A DNA stretch of 63,049 nt from Phoronis australis (taxonomy: Eukaryota; Animalia; Phoronida). A model generated the notes under the pieces. It made no database searches and was not told the origin of the DNA. It worked only from the letters and a program-made list of their open reading frames with translations. This document shows, piece by piece, positions 8,585 to 20,098 of the stretch (positions are counted from its first letter, which is position 1; every line of letters begins with the position of its first letter). Position numbers and translations under genes: made by a program. The DNA lies in contig NMRA01000244.1 in the NCBI GenBank assembly GCA_002633005.1, positions 501,400 through 564,448 on the forward strand. Direction: 5' to 3'.

Positions 8585-11347
8585 ATGGATTTCAACTCCT
8601 GTTTTACCCTTATTCTGGGATTGTGTTCCCTGGTAAAACCTCTTCAAGCATGTACAATCAACAAAAATGCAATTGCACGCGGGGGAAATATTTTAGTAGA
8701 GTCGTGTGGAATACAGGAAGTTCTGCAAATGTTGTCTAGTGGCTTGAACTTTGTTAGTGTTAAAACGGCAAGGTTCAGAGGCAGTCAGATCAAATTTGTT
8801 CCAGGAGGAATTTTTGATGGCCTAGTACAAGTCGTGAGGTTAGATATTAGTAACAACCACATTCAGACAATCTCTGAAGCAGCGTTTACGAAGTTAGGAA
8901 ATCTGAAAATTATTTACCTTGGAAACAACAACATGTCCGTGGTGCCGGATGGAGTTTTTACTCGTTTGGAAAACCTGGAGACATTGGATTTACAGTTTAA
9001 CAGAATTCAGACGATTTCTGAAAACGCATTCTCGGAAATGTCAAGTCTCAAAGTGTTGGACTTGGGATCCAATTTAATTTCTTCATTCCCGGCCACCTGT
9101 CTTCCGGCAGTGTCCACGCCATTTAAGATATACTTGATGGATAATATCTTTACAAGTGCAAATAACACCGCTTTTAGTAGAAGAAGCCATGTTCGAGAAG
9201 TCTATTTAGAGCACAACAGTCTGTCGTCCTTGCAACCAAACTTTTTCGAAGGCTTGGAGAACGCCGAGGAAATCTATTTGGATTCTAATCAAATCGATGG
9301 ATTAATGGACTCGCCGTTTAGAAACCTTGGTGCCTTGCTCGTTCTCAGTCTCCGTCATAACAAAATCTCAACTGTTAATGTATCATCTTTCCGAGGACTG
9401 TCTCATCTCGAACGGCTGGACCTCAGTCGTAACTACATCGAACAACTTAAAAGGAGAGTGTTTGAACACCTCCCGTTGCTATGCATTCTTTACATTACTG
9501 GCAATAGACTGAAAACGATTGAAAAAGGTGCGATGGATGGTCTTCGTTTTCTGCGTCACTTGGATTTATCTGATAATGAGATTGGTCTGATTGAACAAGA
9601 CTGGACAGAAACTCCTATGGTGTGGCATATAGATTTATCCCAAAATGCGTTGAAAATTGTAACAAACGAAACTCTGTACGGCTTATATGCGATGAAGCAA
9701 CTTTATATGTCCGACAACAAAATTGCAGCGTTTAGTAACGATGCGTTTGCCACTTTATTACAACTCAAAAGGTTGTCCCTGAGTGCCAATAATATCAGGA
9801 GCTTACCAGTTTTACTTTTTAAGCCCACTCAATCACTAACTTACCTTAAGATGAATGTCAATGAATTTTCGGAAGTAAGACATGACATCTTCAAGTACTG
9901 CTCCTTGACTAAACTCGATATCCACGTACATTCACTCTCGCAACTTCCGGCGACAGCAGCTCCGACCTTAAGCATTCAATTTAATTTGCCTGGTCCTGTG
10001 CAACATGACATACATTCAGGTCAATTATCTGTCGCGTATTTCGGAAATGAACCCTTCATCCTATCATTGTCAATTATGCAGCTGGTGCGAGCTGAACGAA
10101 TAAGTATTCCAAGCAGCAAAATCTCTCATGTTGAAGATAAGGTGTTTGTACATATGGAAACTATGATGGTGTCTTCGTTGTCTTTGCAGCTTAACGAAAT
10201 CACGCGATTGACGAATAATACTTTTGTCGGTCTAACCTATCTTTCGAACTTGAATTTAAAAGGTAATCTGATTGCGGACATTCAAAAAGGAACATTTCAG
10301 TCACTGCCACGCTTAAAAAAATTGTCACTTGGAAGTAATAAATTAAACTACTTATCCCTTGGTTTGTTCAGCAATTTAAATCTATTAAATATCATTGATT
10401 TGTCAGGTAACGAAATAGTGAAAATTGACGAAAGTTGTTTTGAAGATCTTATTATGTTGGGACAAATGGATCTTAGCAATAACCGCCTTAAAAATATCAC
10501 TAGGTACACATTCAACGGCCCCCTTCAAAATTTAGTGCATCTGTCGCTAAGTCAAAACGAAATTACTTCAATAGACGAGAGCGCGTTTGCTAATCTAAGG
10601 GGCGTGGTCAACCTAAATCTGAGCCACAACAACATCGATCACGTGCCAGGAAAATTATTTGAGTCGCTCATCAATCTTCGCTATTTAGCTTTGGATAACA
10701 ACTTGATAAAAGGAATCGGAAATATTGTTCTACCAAATCTCTCAGATATGTACACTTTGGACGTGTCTAACAACCAAATACAAGTGTTGCCCAAGATCAT
10801 CATTGACCATGCTATAGCAAGACTTAGGCCTTTTGAGCTTAAACTTCAGAGGAATCCTTTTCATTGCAACTGTTTATTGAGAGATTTTCAAGATTTATTT
10901 AGGAAAAGCGGACTTACTATTCTGGAATTTGTCGAAGTACCAACTTGTCATACACCATTTTTCTCGAGTCCAAATCATGAGAAGTTTGTCAATCTCAAAC
11001 TGACATGCACCAAGCCTTCTGTTCCAGAAATCCGTTTTGAAGTAGTAAATGGCAACCTAGCAGTGTATTGCTCGTCTGATGGAGATCCCGCACCGACTGT
11101 CACAATTGTCACCCCTGCTGGAGAAACTTATGAATTCACATCTCTTCCCTCCGAATTACGCATTGAAGGGAGTGTAAATTTGACACCCCTTGACATCATC
11201 CACAGATCTAAAGGTGTACTGTGTAATGCTACGAACGAGGTTGGAACCTGGGAAAGTGTAGCAGTAGTTCCAAATCTAAGCAGTTCATTGAGATTTGCAC
11301 GAATCCTATTGTTTGCGCATGCCGTTTGGGTTTACCTCGTCTTTTAG
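8585..11347 (+). CDS. Single-exon LRR + LRRCT + Ig-like cell-surface protein, probably GPI-anchored (920 aa), paralog A
   Basis: ATG at 8585 aligns with the paralog start. Signal peptide MDFNSCFTLILGLCSLVKPLQAC; about 25 LxxLxLxxNxI repeats; NPFHCNC..C..P (LRRCT); C.SDGDP.P.V....LCNATNEVG (Ig); C-terminal NLSSS + hydrophobic tail with no cytoplasmic domain. Confidence 0.93.
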   Translation: MDFNSCFTLILGLCSLVKPLQACTINKNAIARGGNILVESCGIQEVLQMLSSGLNFVSVKTARFRGSQIKFVPGGIFDGLVQVVRLDISNNHIQTISEAAFTKLGNLKIIYLGNNNMSVVPDGVFTRLENLETLDLQFNRIQTISENAFSEMSSLKVLDLGSNLISSFPATCLPAVSTPFKIYLMDNIFTSANNTAFSRRSHVREVYLEHNSLSSLQPNFFEGLENAEEIYLDSNQIDGLMDSPFRNLGALLVLSLRHNKISTVNVSSFRGLSHLERLDLSRNYIEQLKRRVFEHLPLLCILYITGNRLKTIEKGAMDGLRFLRHLDLSDNEIGLIEQDWTETPMVWHIDLSQNALKIVTNETLYGLYAMKQLYMSDNKIAAFSNDAFATLLQLKRLSLSANNIRSLPVLLFKPTQSLTYLKMNVNEFSEVRHDIFKYCSLTKLDIHVHSLSQLPATAAPTLSIQFNLPGPVQHDIHSGQLSVAYFGNEPFILSLSIMQLVRAERISIPSSKISHVEDKVFVHMETMMVSSLSLQLNEITRLTNNTFVGLTYLSNLNLKGNLIADIQKGTFQSLPRLKKLSLGSNKLNYLSLGLFSNLNLLNIIDLSGNEIVKIDESCFEDLIMLGQMDLSNNRLKNITRYTFNGPLQNLVHLSLSQNEITSIDESAFANLRGVVNLNLSHNNIDHVPGKLFESLINLRYLALDNNLIKGIGNIVLPNLSDMYTLDVSNNQIQVLPKIIIDHAIARLRPFELKLQRNPFHCNCLLRDFQDLFRKSGLTILEFVEVPTCHTPFFSSPNHEKFVNLKLTCTKPSVPEIRFEVVNGNLAVYCSSDGDPAPTVTIVTPAGETYEFTSLPSELRIEGSVNLTPLDIIHRSKGVLCNATNEVGTWESVAVVPNLSSSLRFARILLFAHAVWVYLVF

Positions 11348-12767
11348 CCTTATTTTCTCTCACGTGATCTCAAAATACAAAGCCTATCCATGCTAAGGTT
11401 ATATAGGGCCTTATTGAAAAAACTCCATTGATCTAAATTAGTACAAAACTATAGAATTTAATTCAGCAAAAGTATATATTTTATGAAAGCAGAATTTGCG
11501 TAGAATTTAACCAAATTTTATACGATATAACCATTCAAAATATCTCCAAACACTGTTTTCGTTTCGTTTCCTGCAAAAGTTAAACATTTTAGTAAATGCA
11601 ACTTGAAAAGTGAACAAAGCATATTATCGCATTTTGCTAACAGAACCTAAGACTTCATATAGTGAACGTATAACAGTGTTTATTCATGCTCGCACCCGGG
11701 GGGAGTTGGTTCTCGGGGGGGGGGGGGGGTTTCANNNNNGGGGTTTCAATGAGGCCTCCATTTGGCGAAGTCATGGACCAAACTATCCGCCTCATAAAAA
11801 CAAAAACTCAGAGAAAAGGTTGAAAACGAGACAAAAGTCCACTAAAATGACTGGAACCACCAAAAATCGGCGAATGCACAATTCATAGCTCTGAATGTAC
11901 TCCGTGAATCTTAGTAAAGTGTTCACATTTTCAAAAAATCGGGGCCGAATTATTTTAGGCTAGGTGCGCATTAAGTCACTGTTTTCCGAGAATCACGAGT
12001 GTGTCGGTTTCGAAAAGTACCAAAACTGATTCCACGGCTTCATTTTTTCCAGAAACTCGGAGGATTCCCAGACTTCATATTTGTAGTGCACATATATAGA
12101 GGATGTAACGCTATTGGCCTCCTGTAGCGTACATCTACTGTCGCGGATACAGACCTATGTTTATCCCAGACGCTTTGAAGAAATTCAGTGCAATACCGCC
12201 ATATAGTAAAAGCATTCACTATTGCACTCCCGGGACTACTTTAACTCTGAATTGGAAATTGCCAATGGCCGGTGATTGTCGACTTGGCGTCGTCAGCCAG
12301 CTTGGTCATCAAAATTTCCTAAAATAGTTCACAGTAATATAGTTGCAGCAGTCTAAATAGCCCTCAGCACGCAATCAGGTCCCAAACATAACATTTGGTA
12401 CAAAATTGTTAATTAAATAACACTTCTGTAAATCATATCGTCAACATGAACCCATTCGCCGATTCCTCTATAACTAAAATGTTAAATATTGTTGTTATTT
12501 AATTATTTTCAGAAAATGCTACAAGTTTATTGCGCAATTAATGTCGTTCCATCTTTGTTGTTTCTTCTCAAGTAATAAATTGTTACATTTAAAACTGTTT
12601 CTTTTACTAAAGAAAACTTGTAACATAGGGCTCATGTACATACATATAGGAAGTGATCCGCCACGTGAACGGTTTGGGTTAATTATTTAAAAAGGTACGG
12701 AAAATATGAACATAATTAAGAATTCGAAGCCTATGAGATAAATAAAAACGTACCTCGATTGGCGTAG

Positions 12768-12860
12768 ACGAAGTAATATTCCCATCGACATTATTTCGCG
12801 TATCTACCGAAACCGGTCGATACGCGGAATTATGTCTCGTGGAATATTACTTCATCTACG
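12768..12860. repeat. Hairpin (foldback) dispersed repeat; relatives at about 33585-33710 and 52708-52830
   Basis: gacgaagtaatattcc...ggaatattacttcatc inverted arms; shared downstream segment atattactt....cg.c.ctctc...acgt.ttgtg in all three. Confidence 0.55.
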
Positions 12861-12969
12861 GCACTCTCGGAACGTCTTGTGTGTGTGTACGGGCTCTTCA
12901 CTTGTATAAGGACTGGCTCTACTTTCTCGTATTTCTCTGTAAATACATGTACCATGTAGTATATAATAC

Positions 12970-13745
12970 CCGTATTTTCATATAAACACATTGAAAAAGG
13001 TTCTGTCCCCTTCACAAAGTTTGTGGCATTTTCTTCAAATTACCACCAATAGGCATAGATTTTAAATCATTATTTTCTGTATTTAATGTTGGGAAATGTC
13101 CCGGTACGTGCAGCACGGAAACGCAGCAGTTTCGGTCCCGACAGCGACTTGTGATACGCGGTTGACCGTTTCGGTTTTTGTTGTTGACATCACCGTCCCG
13201 TCTGTTGTTATCTGGCTAGCAGCCTGGATACTGACTTTCGGTGAACACGAAAATGTCTGGCAACAGCAGCCAAGGTGCACCCTGATTCCACCAAACCAAT
13301 TGCACGTGCTCTTTCTAAAATTGTCAACTTCTCCACCACAGTGTTGTCAAGCAAGAGACTTTAGGCAAACGAACACCTAAGGCTGACACAGCAATGTGCT
13401 TAACCAATAGTGCTTTGGACCCACCAGCATAACGGCAAAAAATAGTCCCCTCTGTTGGTATTCATTGATCAAGACAACAATTAAGTGACCTGCCATTATG
13501 AGCTTAGGTAAGGAGTGAGGGCAATTTTGATGTTTTTGAAATTGACTTCTGTGCCTTTTCTGGGCCCCCCTATACAACGCAGTGCGCTTCATGAATAATA
13601 AAATATTTCCCAACATTCAATGAAGAAATAAATAAGCTTTGAAATGACGTATAATTTACGCGCATTGTTGGCAATTTGAAGAATATACCACACATTTTCT
13701 GAAGGGGACAGAACCTCTTTTGAGAGGATTATATATGGGATAATA
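12970..13745. mobile_element. Inverted-repeat (MITE-like) element carrying a truncated Tc1 remnant (about 13100-13572)
   Basis: 12995-13050 is the reverse complement of about 13662-13720. The inner part matches the Tc1 end at 56230-56796, including its TIR. Confidence 0.6.
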
Positions 13746-15122
13746 AAACAATATCTTCATCACCGGCAAGAGCATGCGCACAAATTAGTTCACGTTGGCC
13801 GCGCACGCACTGCCAAAGAATGTCTTAGAAATCGACGACATTTCGTGAGTCGGATCAACAAATAGTTTCGCAAAGCACGTCTCAAATCGAGATTGAAAGC
13901 TTTTAAAACTTTTTGTAGGACGTAAGTTGTGAACATTTATCATCAGGGGTCTCTGTTTCTGAAAAGTGACAACAATTTGGTCTAACGCTTTCATTTCACC
14001 ATTGTTGAAAATCGTGCAGTCAAGTAATTATGAGCGTAAGACAGTCTACAAATAATTCATAAAAATTATCCAAGTAAATATTAGTTAATATGCTTATAAT
14101 TTCAGAGACTTTGCTCGTTTGCTCACGGCAAATTTATCGCAAACTATTTTGCCAGTGGCATACCACGAACTATGTTAAAAAGTGTAACAAGACAAGCGTT
14201 GTCACCTTATGATTATGACGTAAGTAGAATGACAAGACTCTGCAAGATGGGCGTGGAAAAACCCCACGGGCATCTAATAGGAAAAGAAAAGCTGAGGGAA
14301 TTAATAATAACCTGAAGGGCTATACAGAAAATGTATGATAACAAAAAAGAAACTCGCTCCTGGGATGGAAAGTGGGAAAATTACTGAGAAAATGCGTACC
14401 ACATTTGGGCAAGTGATATTTATTGTTATTTTCAGAAATAGTGGTCTGGAGCGGAAGACCAAATTTCGGAGTTAAGACCCTGGTATTGTGAAAATGTTGC
14501 TAAGGTAACGATGAGCATTAAAATGTTTTCTACAAAGACTGTCATCATGTCTGTCAGTGACAAGAGAGTGGTGTCTACTTAAGATGTTTATTAGCAAACA
14601 ATGCCACATGTCTGAATCCATAATAAGAACGAATAAAGTATCTCTAACCCTTATATTTTTATACAATACTGCAATAATTGTAAAAAGATAATTTTAGATA
14701 GTATACAGTACAACAATGGCACTCCCTAATGATTAGAAATTTGCTTTTAAAAGAGGATGACCTAAAAGCAGCCGAGCAACTTGACAAAAGTTTAGTTGTC
14801 CAAATCATGAATATACACACCGACCTTCGTTATCAAATATACATTCAAGAGATCAGTATCTCTCCTCATGCCACATTTGGCATTACATTGGCTTTCCCCT
14901 ATAACCAAGAAGTATTGTGCCAGTGACAAATCCCTGAGAAATTTGCCTTGGGGTTCCTGATGTAGAAAAGTGAGAGAGAGAGAGAGAGGGCACTAGTTGT
15001 GCCGTGTATGACTTTCTAAAACCGCTCTGAGGTGCTGGCGTGTTATAACTATCAATAAAATCTCTATTGGTTATAGGTACCGCTACGGATTTTTAAAGTA
15101 ACTGTTGTCGTACCAAACAAAA

Positions 15123-15363
15123 GAGGAGGCAGTGTGGCCTGGTTGATGAGTGCCCGCTTTCTTTACTCGAGGTCGTGGGTTCAAGTCCCACCATGTCACC
15201 CTGCTAAACCCTTGAGCCAGGTTTATAGCTCCTCAGCTCGGTTTTAACCACATATTAGTAAAGCATAAAAATATTTCCAGGTGATCAGTGCAATGGGCCC
15301 ACATGCGAGGCCTTCGCACGTCTGATACAACGTGTATCAGACCGCCTGCAATCATTTTTTTTT
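15123..15363 (+). mobile_element. Full-length tRNA-derived SINE with LINE-derived 3' tail and 12-bp TSD
   Basis: A-box TGGCCTGGTTG (15135), B-box GGTTCAAGTCC (15178). 15278-15363 is homologous to LINE 3922-4011; T-run tail; TSD taccaaacaaaa at 15111-15122 and 15364-15375. Confidence 0.92.
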
Positions 15364-16079
15364 TACCAAACAAAACTTCACATTAATTCACAATGCAGGG
15401 GTTCAAAATAATATTGTTTATGATTCACCCGATCCTGCTCTGAGAATTTGTGTAGAAGAAGCTACAATAAAACTTATCTTACAAGAGCTGTAATCACGAC
15501 GAGAAGGACGAGTGTCAGCAATATAGAAAAACACTTATAATTGATGGTTCCCAATGATACGTGTTTGGACTCGTTCAGAAAATTTTACATTGTTATAACA
15601 TAAAGTATAGACAGTGATCGTGTAACTTCGTACTGTAGTTTACAGGCTACGCATACCGAAGTCAGCCATTACAGGAATGTCAAAAACAAAAACAGCACAG
15701 CTGTTCAGCATGGTAGTGAGCTATTCAAAGTCGTATTCGTGGGTTATATAAGGTCTGTATTTTATTAAATATGTGATGTGACATGAATTTGTTGTTTATT
15801 ATCCTAACTTGGGTTTTAATCATTTCAAATGGATCTGATCCAGCGTTGGTCATGTACTCTTATGATTTGTTTACTGTTCCCTGGAAAATCCACACATGTT
15901 CTTAACCGGATGACCCAGTGTTCACAGACACATCCCAGAGCCAATAACCATTTCCTAATATTGCAACATTGTGATGAATTTCTTATGATTTCCATTAGCT
16001 GAACTTAGTGAATCATGAAAACAATCTTAAGAACTGTTTTTAAGATTGTTTTCGTGAGTCACTTAGTTCAGTTGCACCA

Positions 16080-17110
16080 CATTAGTCTAATGTCCTAGTG
16101 ATGCCCATATCAAGCAGTCTGTTTAAAAATAGTATCAATAACCATGTTTTTAATGGACTTAAGAAAGCAAAACTATTTCTGTACTCAACTGACAATGACT
16201 TTGATCACGTTTGTTGTAGGTCAAAATAGAAGCACCAACGTTATTTACGTATGCGCTAATTTTAAAGTTCTTGACAATGACTTTTGATGACGTAGATGTG
16301 CCATACAGTGAAAGCTTTGTTGAGCAAAATGTTGCACGGTTGCGTACATTTTACTTTCAGAAATTTCTTGAACGACTCGTGGACGAAGTTGAGGCTAAGA
16401 CAATTGACTTTTGCAAAACATTTACTGACTTCACTGCTTGAAGTGCTTTGGATGTTTTTTTCCAAGCTTGCCATCTTTGAATCATATATTATGATACATG
16501 CATGCTTTGCTTCAAATACACCAGTGGTATCAATTGTAATTTCTCAAATTGTATCCCAAATGAAACAATACATGCTACCACTTGGAATGGGCAACATAAA
16601 AACTCTGGAAGACAGTCTGTGTCTTCCAAATTTTGATCTCTGTTCAGATCAGCACGTAGGTTAACAAGCCCAGCACAGACAATCAAGTAGTTGTCCACTG
16701 ATTTTGTGCTTGACACTGGAATACTGGTACTCAAAATTTTGAAAACTTTTTTGAAGTCTCCGTATTGCTCACTCCAAATGGATTCTTAATCTGGAAATGA
16801 GCGGTATTTTTGTAAGATCTTTTTGACTAATGTGTGACTTGCCTTTGGTGAAAGCTGTTATGTTTAACTTAACTCGCCTTGGAAACAGGAGGTCATCAAC
16901 AGTAAAACCTCTATCTGCCATAACTTTGTCTTTGGGTAAAACGTATTCCAGAAATCCAGATTTTTCAACAATGTATTTGTCACTCCACCTGCCCCCCACT
17001 GCTTTATATACGTACATGGTGCGCCCATTTGGTGCAATTGCAATCATACACTTTGCAGTATTGTGCTATTTGTACTGGCTATAGGTTTCACCCCTATCAA
17101 CGATTTCAAA
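16080..17110. mobile_element. ISL2EU/Harbinger-type DDE transposase pseudogene (-) convergent with YqaJ C-terminal remnant (+)
   Basis: Minus: IAIAPNG..GGRWSDKYIVEKSGFL..VMADRGF..LNI..F..RIHLE..IPVS..IVCAGLVNL (DDE_Tnp_4-like, with stops/frameshifts). Plus about 16277-16370: TFDDVDVPYSESFVEQNVARLRTFYFQKFL. Confidence 0.8.
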
Positions 17111-18431
17111 TGACCTGATCTGCTACCAAATACAAAACACAAGCAGGCACACCAGCTCAGAACGCTTGTTTTACAGACAGACGGTACTGACTCCAGTGTT
17201 TAGTCTGACATGCCTGTAATGGAGTGACCTCAACATTGCGCTCCCCAGAAATTCGGCTGTTTCCGTAATGTAATCTGTGTATTAGAGTTTCGAATCTCCA
17301 GATTTGTAAATTTGCTTACCGAATAAGTAGTCAATTACTAACTCACACATCATATGAGAATGAAGACGTAATTACGTAAAAGGTGTAATACGAGATAGAA
17401 GTTGGAGAAGAACGGGAAGAAACATCGATTAAGATAATAAATCTCAAATTTAATTGTTGTACGGGTGACATTGTGTTTCCATATTGGCGACAAATGTTGT
17501 CGCATTAGCTTTATACACAATTACCACATTTTGTTCAACTGCACGTCATAGCACATTGTTGAGCTCCTCTTTCTGATAGCCTCCTGTCGTAAGGGGTGGA
17601 AGTTAATGGTATCGAATGTGCAACCAGTGCAATTCCTCTACTTTTCCCCAAATGAATCCGGCACGGCGATTCTCTCTGTTCCGTGCAGAGAACCAGTTTC
17701 GGACAAATACTCGATGTTGCCACAACGTGGACAACAAAGGCTAGTGACGTCACCCTTTGAAGAACACTGAAGTGGCATTTCATCCCCTTACTTTACATCC
17801 CAGCTCTGTGGACAGTCACGACGTACTAGCGACAACTCGAACACGCCTTCACGATGGAATCTACCTCATCTCGTAAAACCTTCGCAAGGGGTAGCACCAA
17901 GAGAGAGGCAAGGACTCGCATTCTTGCTCACGGATATTTTGTTTTCAAATTGTCTCAAAGCCGTTGCGGTTTAACACAAATTGAAGCCTTCGCAAGGTTT
18001 TAGGAAAGAAATTGAAAGTAGTGAAATGGGGACCCTGCTAATTTGTCTTACACCTCAAAGGACGCTTCAGCTGCGCGAATTAGATAATTTCACCATAGGA
18101 ATGTTTGAAAGACGCTTCTTTAATACTATCGCTTATTCGACCCTGATATATGCACGCATACATATATGCAGAGGATATTTGTCAACTTGGTGACAAAAGC
18201 AGATGCCACGAGTCTAACCTCCGAGGAACAAGTGACTATTTGAAAATTCGAACAAAATTTGATGCTTTCTCGAAACGCATAAATACAAGAAACAATTTAA
18301 ATATCATGATTGCTACTCATGCTTTTAAACGCCTAAATATGCACGCATACACGACATTTGCATGGAGTATCAAACTAAACCTAAGGAGTGAATTTTCAAA
18401 AAAATTGTGTATTAAATTCATGGTTATGGTT

Positions 18432-18461
18432 CACTAGTGCTTCGCACGAGTACTAGCTAGT
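18432..18461 (+). mobile_element. Possible Helitron 3' terminus
   Basis: Short hairpin gtgc-ttc-gcac followed by CTAG|T; 5' TC end not identified. Confidence 0.35.
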
Positions 18462-18819
18462 GTGCGCGGAAACAAAAACATTATGTGTGTTCGTGGCGAA
18501 AAACGTTACAAACCACAGTGGTCCTCAACGAAGCAGAATTTGGCTATATCCATATATAACATTTTGTTGCATAAGTTAGTAAACATATTATCTCATTCAT
18601 CCATCTCTCAGGTAGTAACAAAAACGTAAAACGTAGCGTGAGATATCTTTAACAGAAAAACAAAATGAGAGTTGTCTTGGCCATAATTATAACGTGACTC
18701 ACTATAGCAAATTCGATTTAGGCATATGCGCCTAGTCGCACGCAAGAACGAACCGTCAAGTCAATTACTCACTCCTGTTGTGAATTCAGTATAGTTCGGT
18801 AGCAGCCTTTCGTTTACAC

Positions 18820-18975
18820 AAACTTCGTTGAAAACACTGCTTTGCTTGTTGGTTACATCTCTTGGTGTTTTACTACATATCTGCAATCCTGAAGAAAGCA
18901 GATTATTCAGACATTACGAGCGAACCAGTATCAAGCTTGCAAACAAAACGTCTAGTCTTGTTTTCAACGAAGTTT
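18820..18975. repeat. Small inverted-repeat element (17-bp perfect arms)
   Basis: aaacttcgttgaaaaca (18820-18836) / tgttttcaacgaagttt (18959-18975). Confidence 0.6.
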
Positions 18976-20098
18976 ATGTTGTGAGAAAGAAGAATTGGAG
19001 ACAGGGATCGTGACGAAACGTCGACCAAATAAAAATTTGGTCGAAATCTATCAATACTGTCTAGCACACACTAGCGTCATAGAAATCGTAAGTCGTACCG
19101 GAGACTTCTGATTTGAACTCCTGAGCTGAGTTTCTAGTATTGTGGTTAGATTATCTTGAGTCCATTTACAAAATCTACCTGTATATTTGGACGACGTATT
19201 ACGTATTAAGTTTTATAAAAATCCACGTTGAATGCAAAGAGAACTCGGCAAGTAATCCATCTTCGTTTGATCTCTCGCTTTAGTTAGACTAAATGTGATC
19301 GCACGTGAGGAGACACTGTTGGTTCACCTGGGCGATTTTTAGGTAAAATAAAATTATGATTTAAAACTATTACCCTCATAGAAACCAAACAGTCGTGCTT
19401 ATGCCAGATTTATCAGCGACTGGGTTTGGATGCTTTAAATTGTCAACTAAACTGACATAGCATGGATTTCAAATTTTCCTCCCACTTGCGCAAAACAAGA
19501 TGGCGGAAGGGTGTGTGATATTTCTTCAGACCAAGCTTATGGGTCACGGCGTGATGTGGTAATTTATCAGCTTTGCCTGAAGAAATGTCTTCCTAGCCAA
19601 GAGATCACTCCTGAGAAATGTGTTTGCTATAACAAATCCTTTTGCACATTGTTTATGCACGGTTCCAAAAATGGAATATTTCGAAAACAATTAACTCTGA
19701 AAGGCACCCTTTTGTTAGAAGTCAAGAACTATTAACTGTTACACCACGAGAGGATCAAAAGGTGGAGTCTACTGTCATAGACATAGGTCTTGAAAGAAAT
19801 GTTTGTAGATGCACCCAGGGGGGATATGTTCAAAATTTTTGGCCCATCACTTTTTTAATTAGAGCATCATGAATATTTTGGCCGAAAAGAGCCATTGTTT
19901 GGTTTAAAACGAGTCACTTAGTGGGGTTGTTTTAAATTGGCTTAAAATAACAGTAACAGCCGATAGCAAAGACATACAAACGCTTATTTTACGGTGCCTG
20001 ACTACGGGCAGTATGCAGCTGTATCTCACAAACCTCATAAAGGAGCTTCGTTAGTTTTTGCAAATATGTTCCTATGAATATTGCTGGGGACCTGGTGG

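Larger units (their letters stand above)
4012..14275 (+). repeat. Segmental duplication copy A (LRR-Ig gene with flanks); direct repeat of about 47687-57510
   Basis: Collinear similarity: 4012-4578 vs 47687-48292; 8404-13100 vs about 48278-53020; 13150-14275 vs about 56230-57510, interrupted by copy-specific TE insertions. Confidence 0.9.

Noticed and set aside
8585-11347. Toll-like receptor or true VLR assignment
   Set aside because: No TM+TIR in frame or recognisable downstream; no incomplete germline gene or flanking LRR cassettes; an Ig-like domain is present. The similarity is architectural only.
15127-15200. Functional tRNA genes (also 8256-8320 and 39240-39304)
   Set aside because: A/B boxes are present but there is no complete cloverleaf; the 15123 copy is the head of a SINE with tail and TSD.
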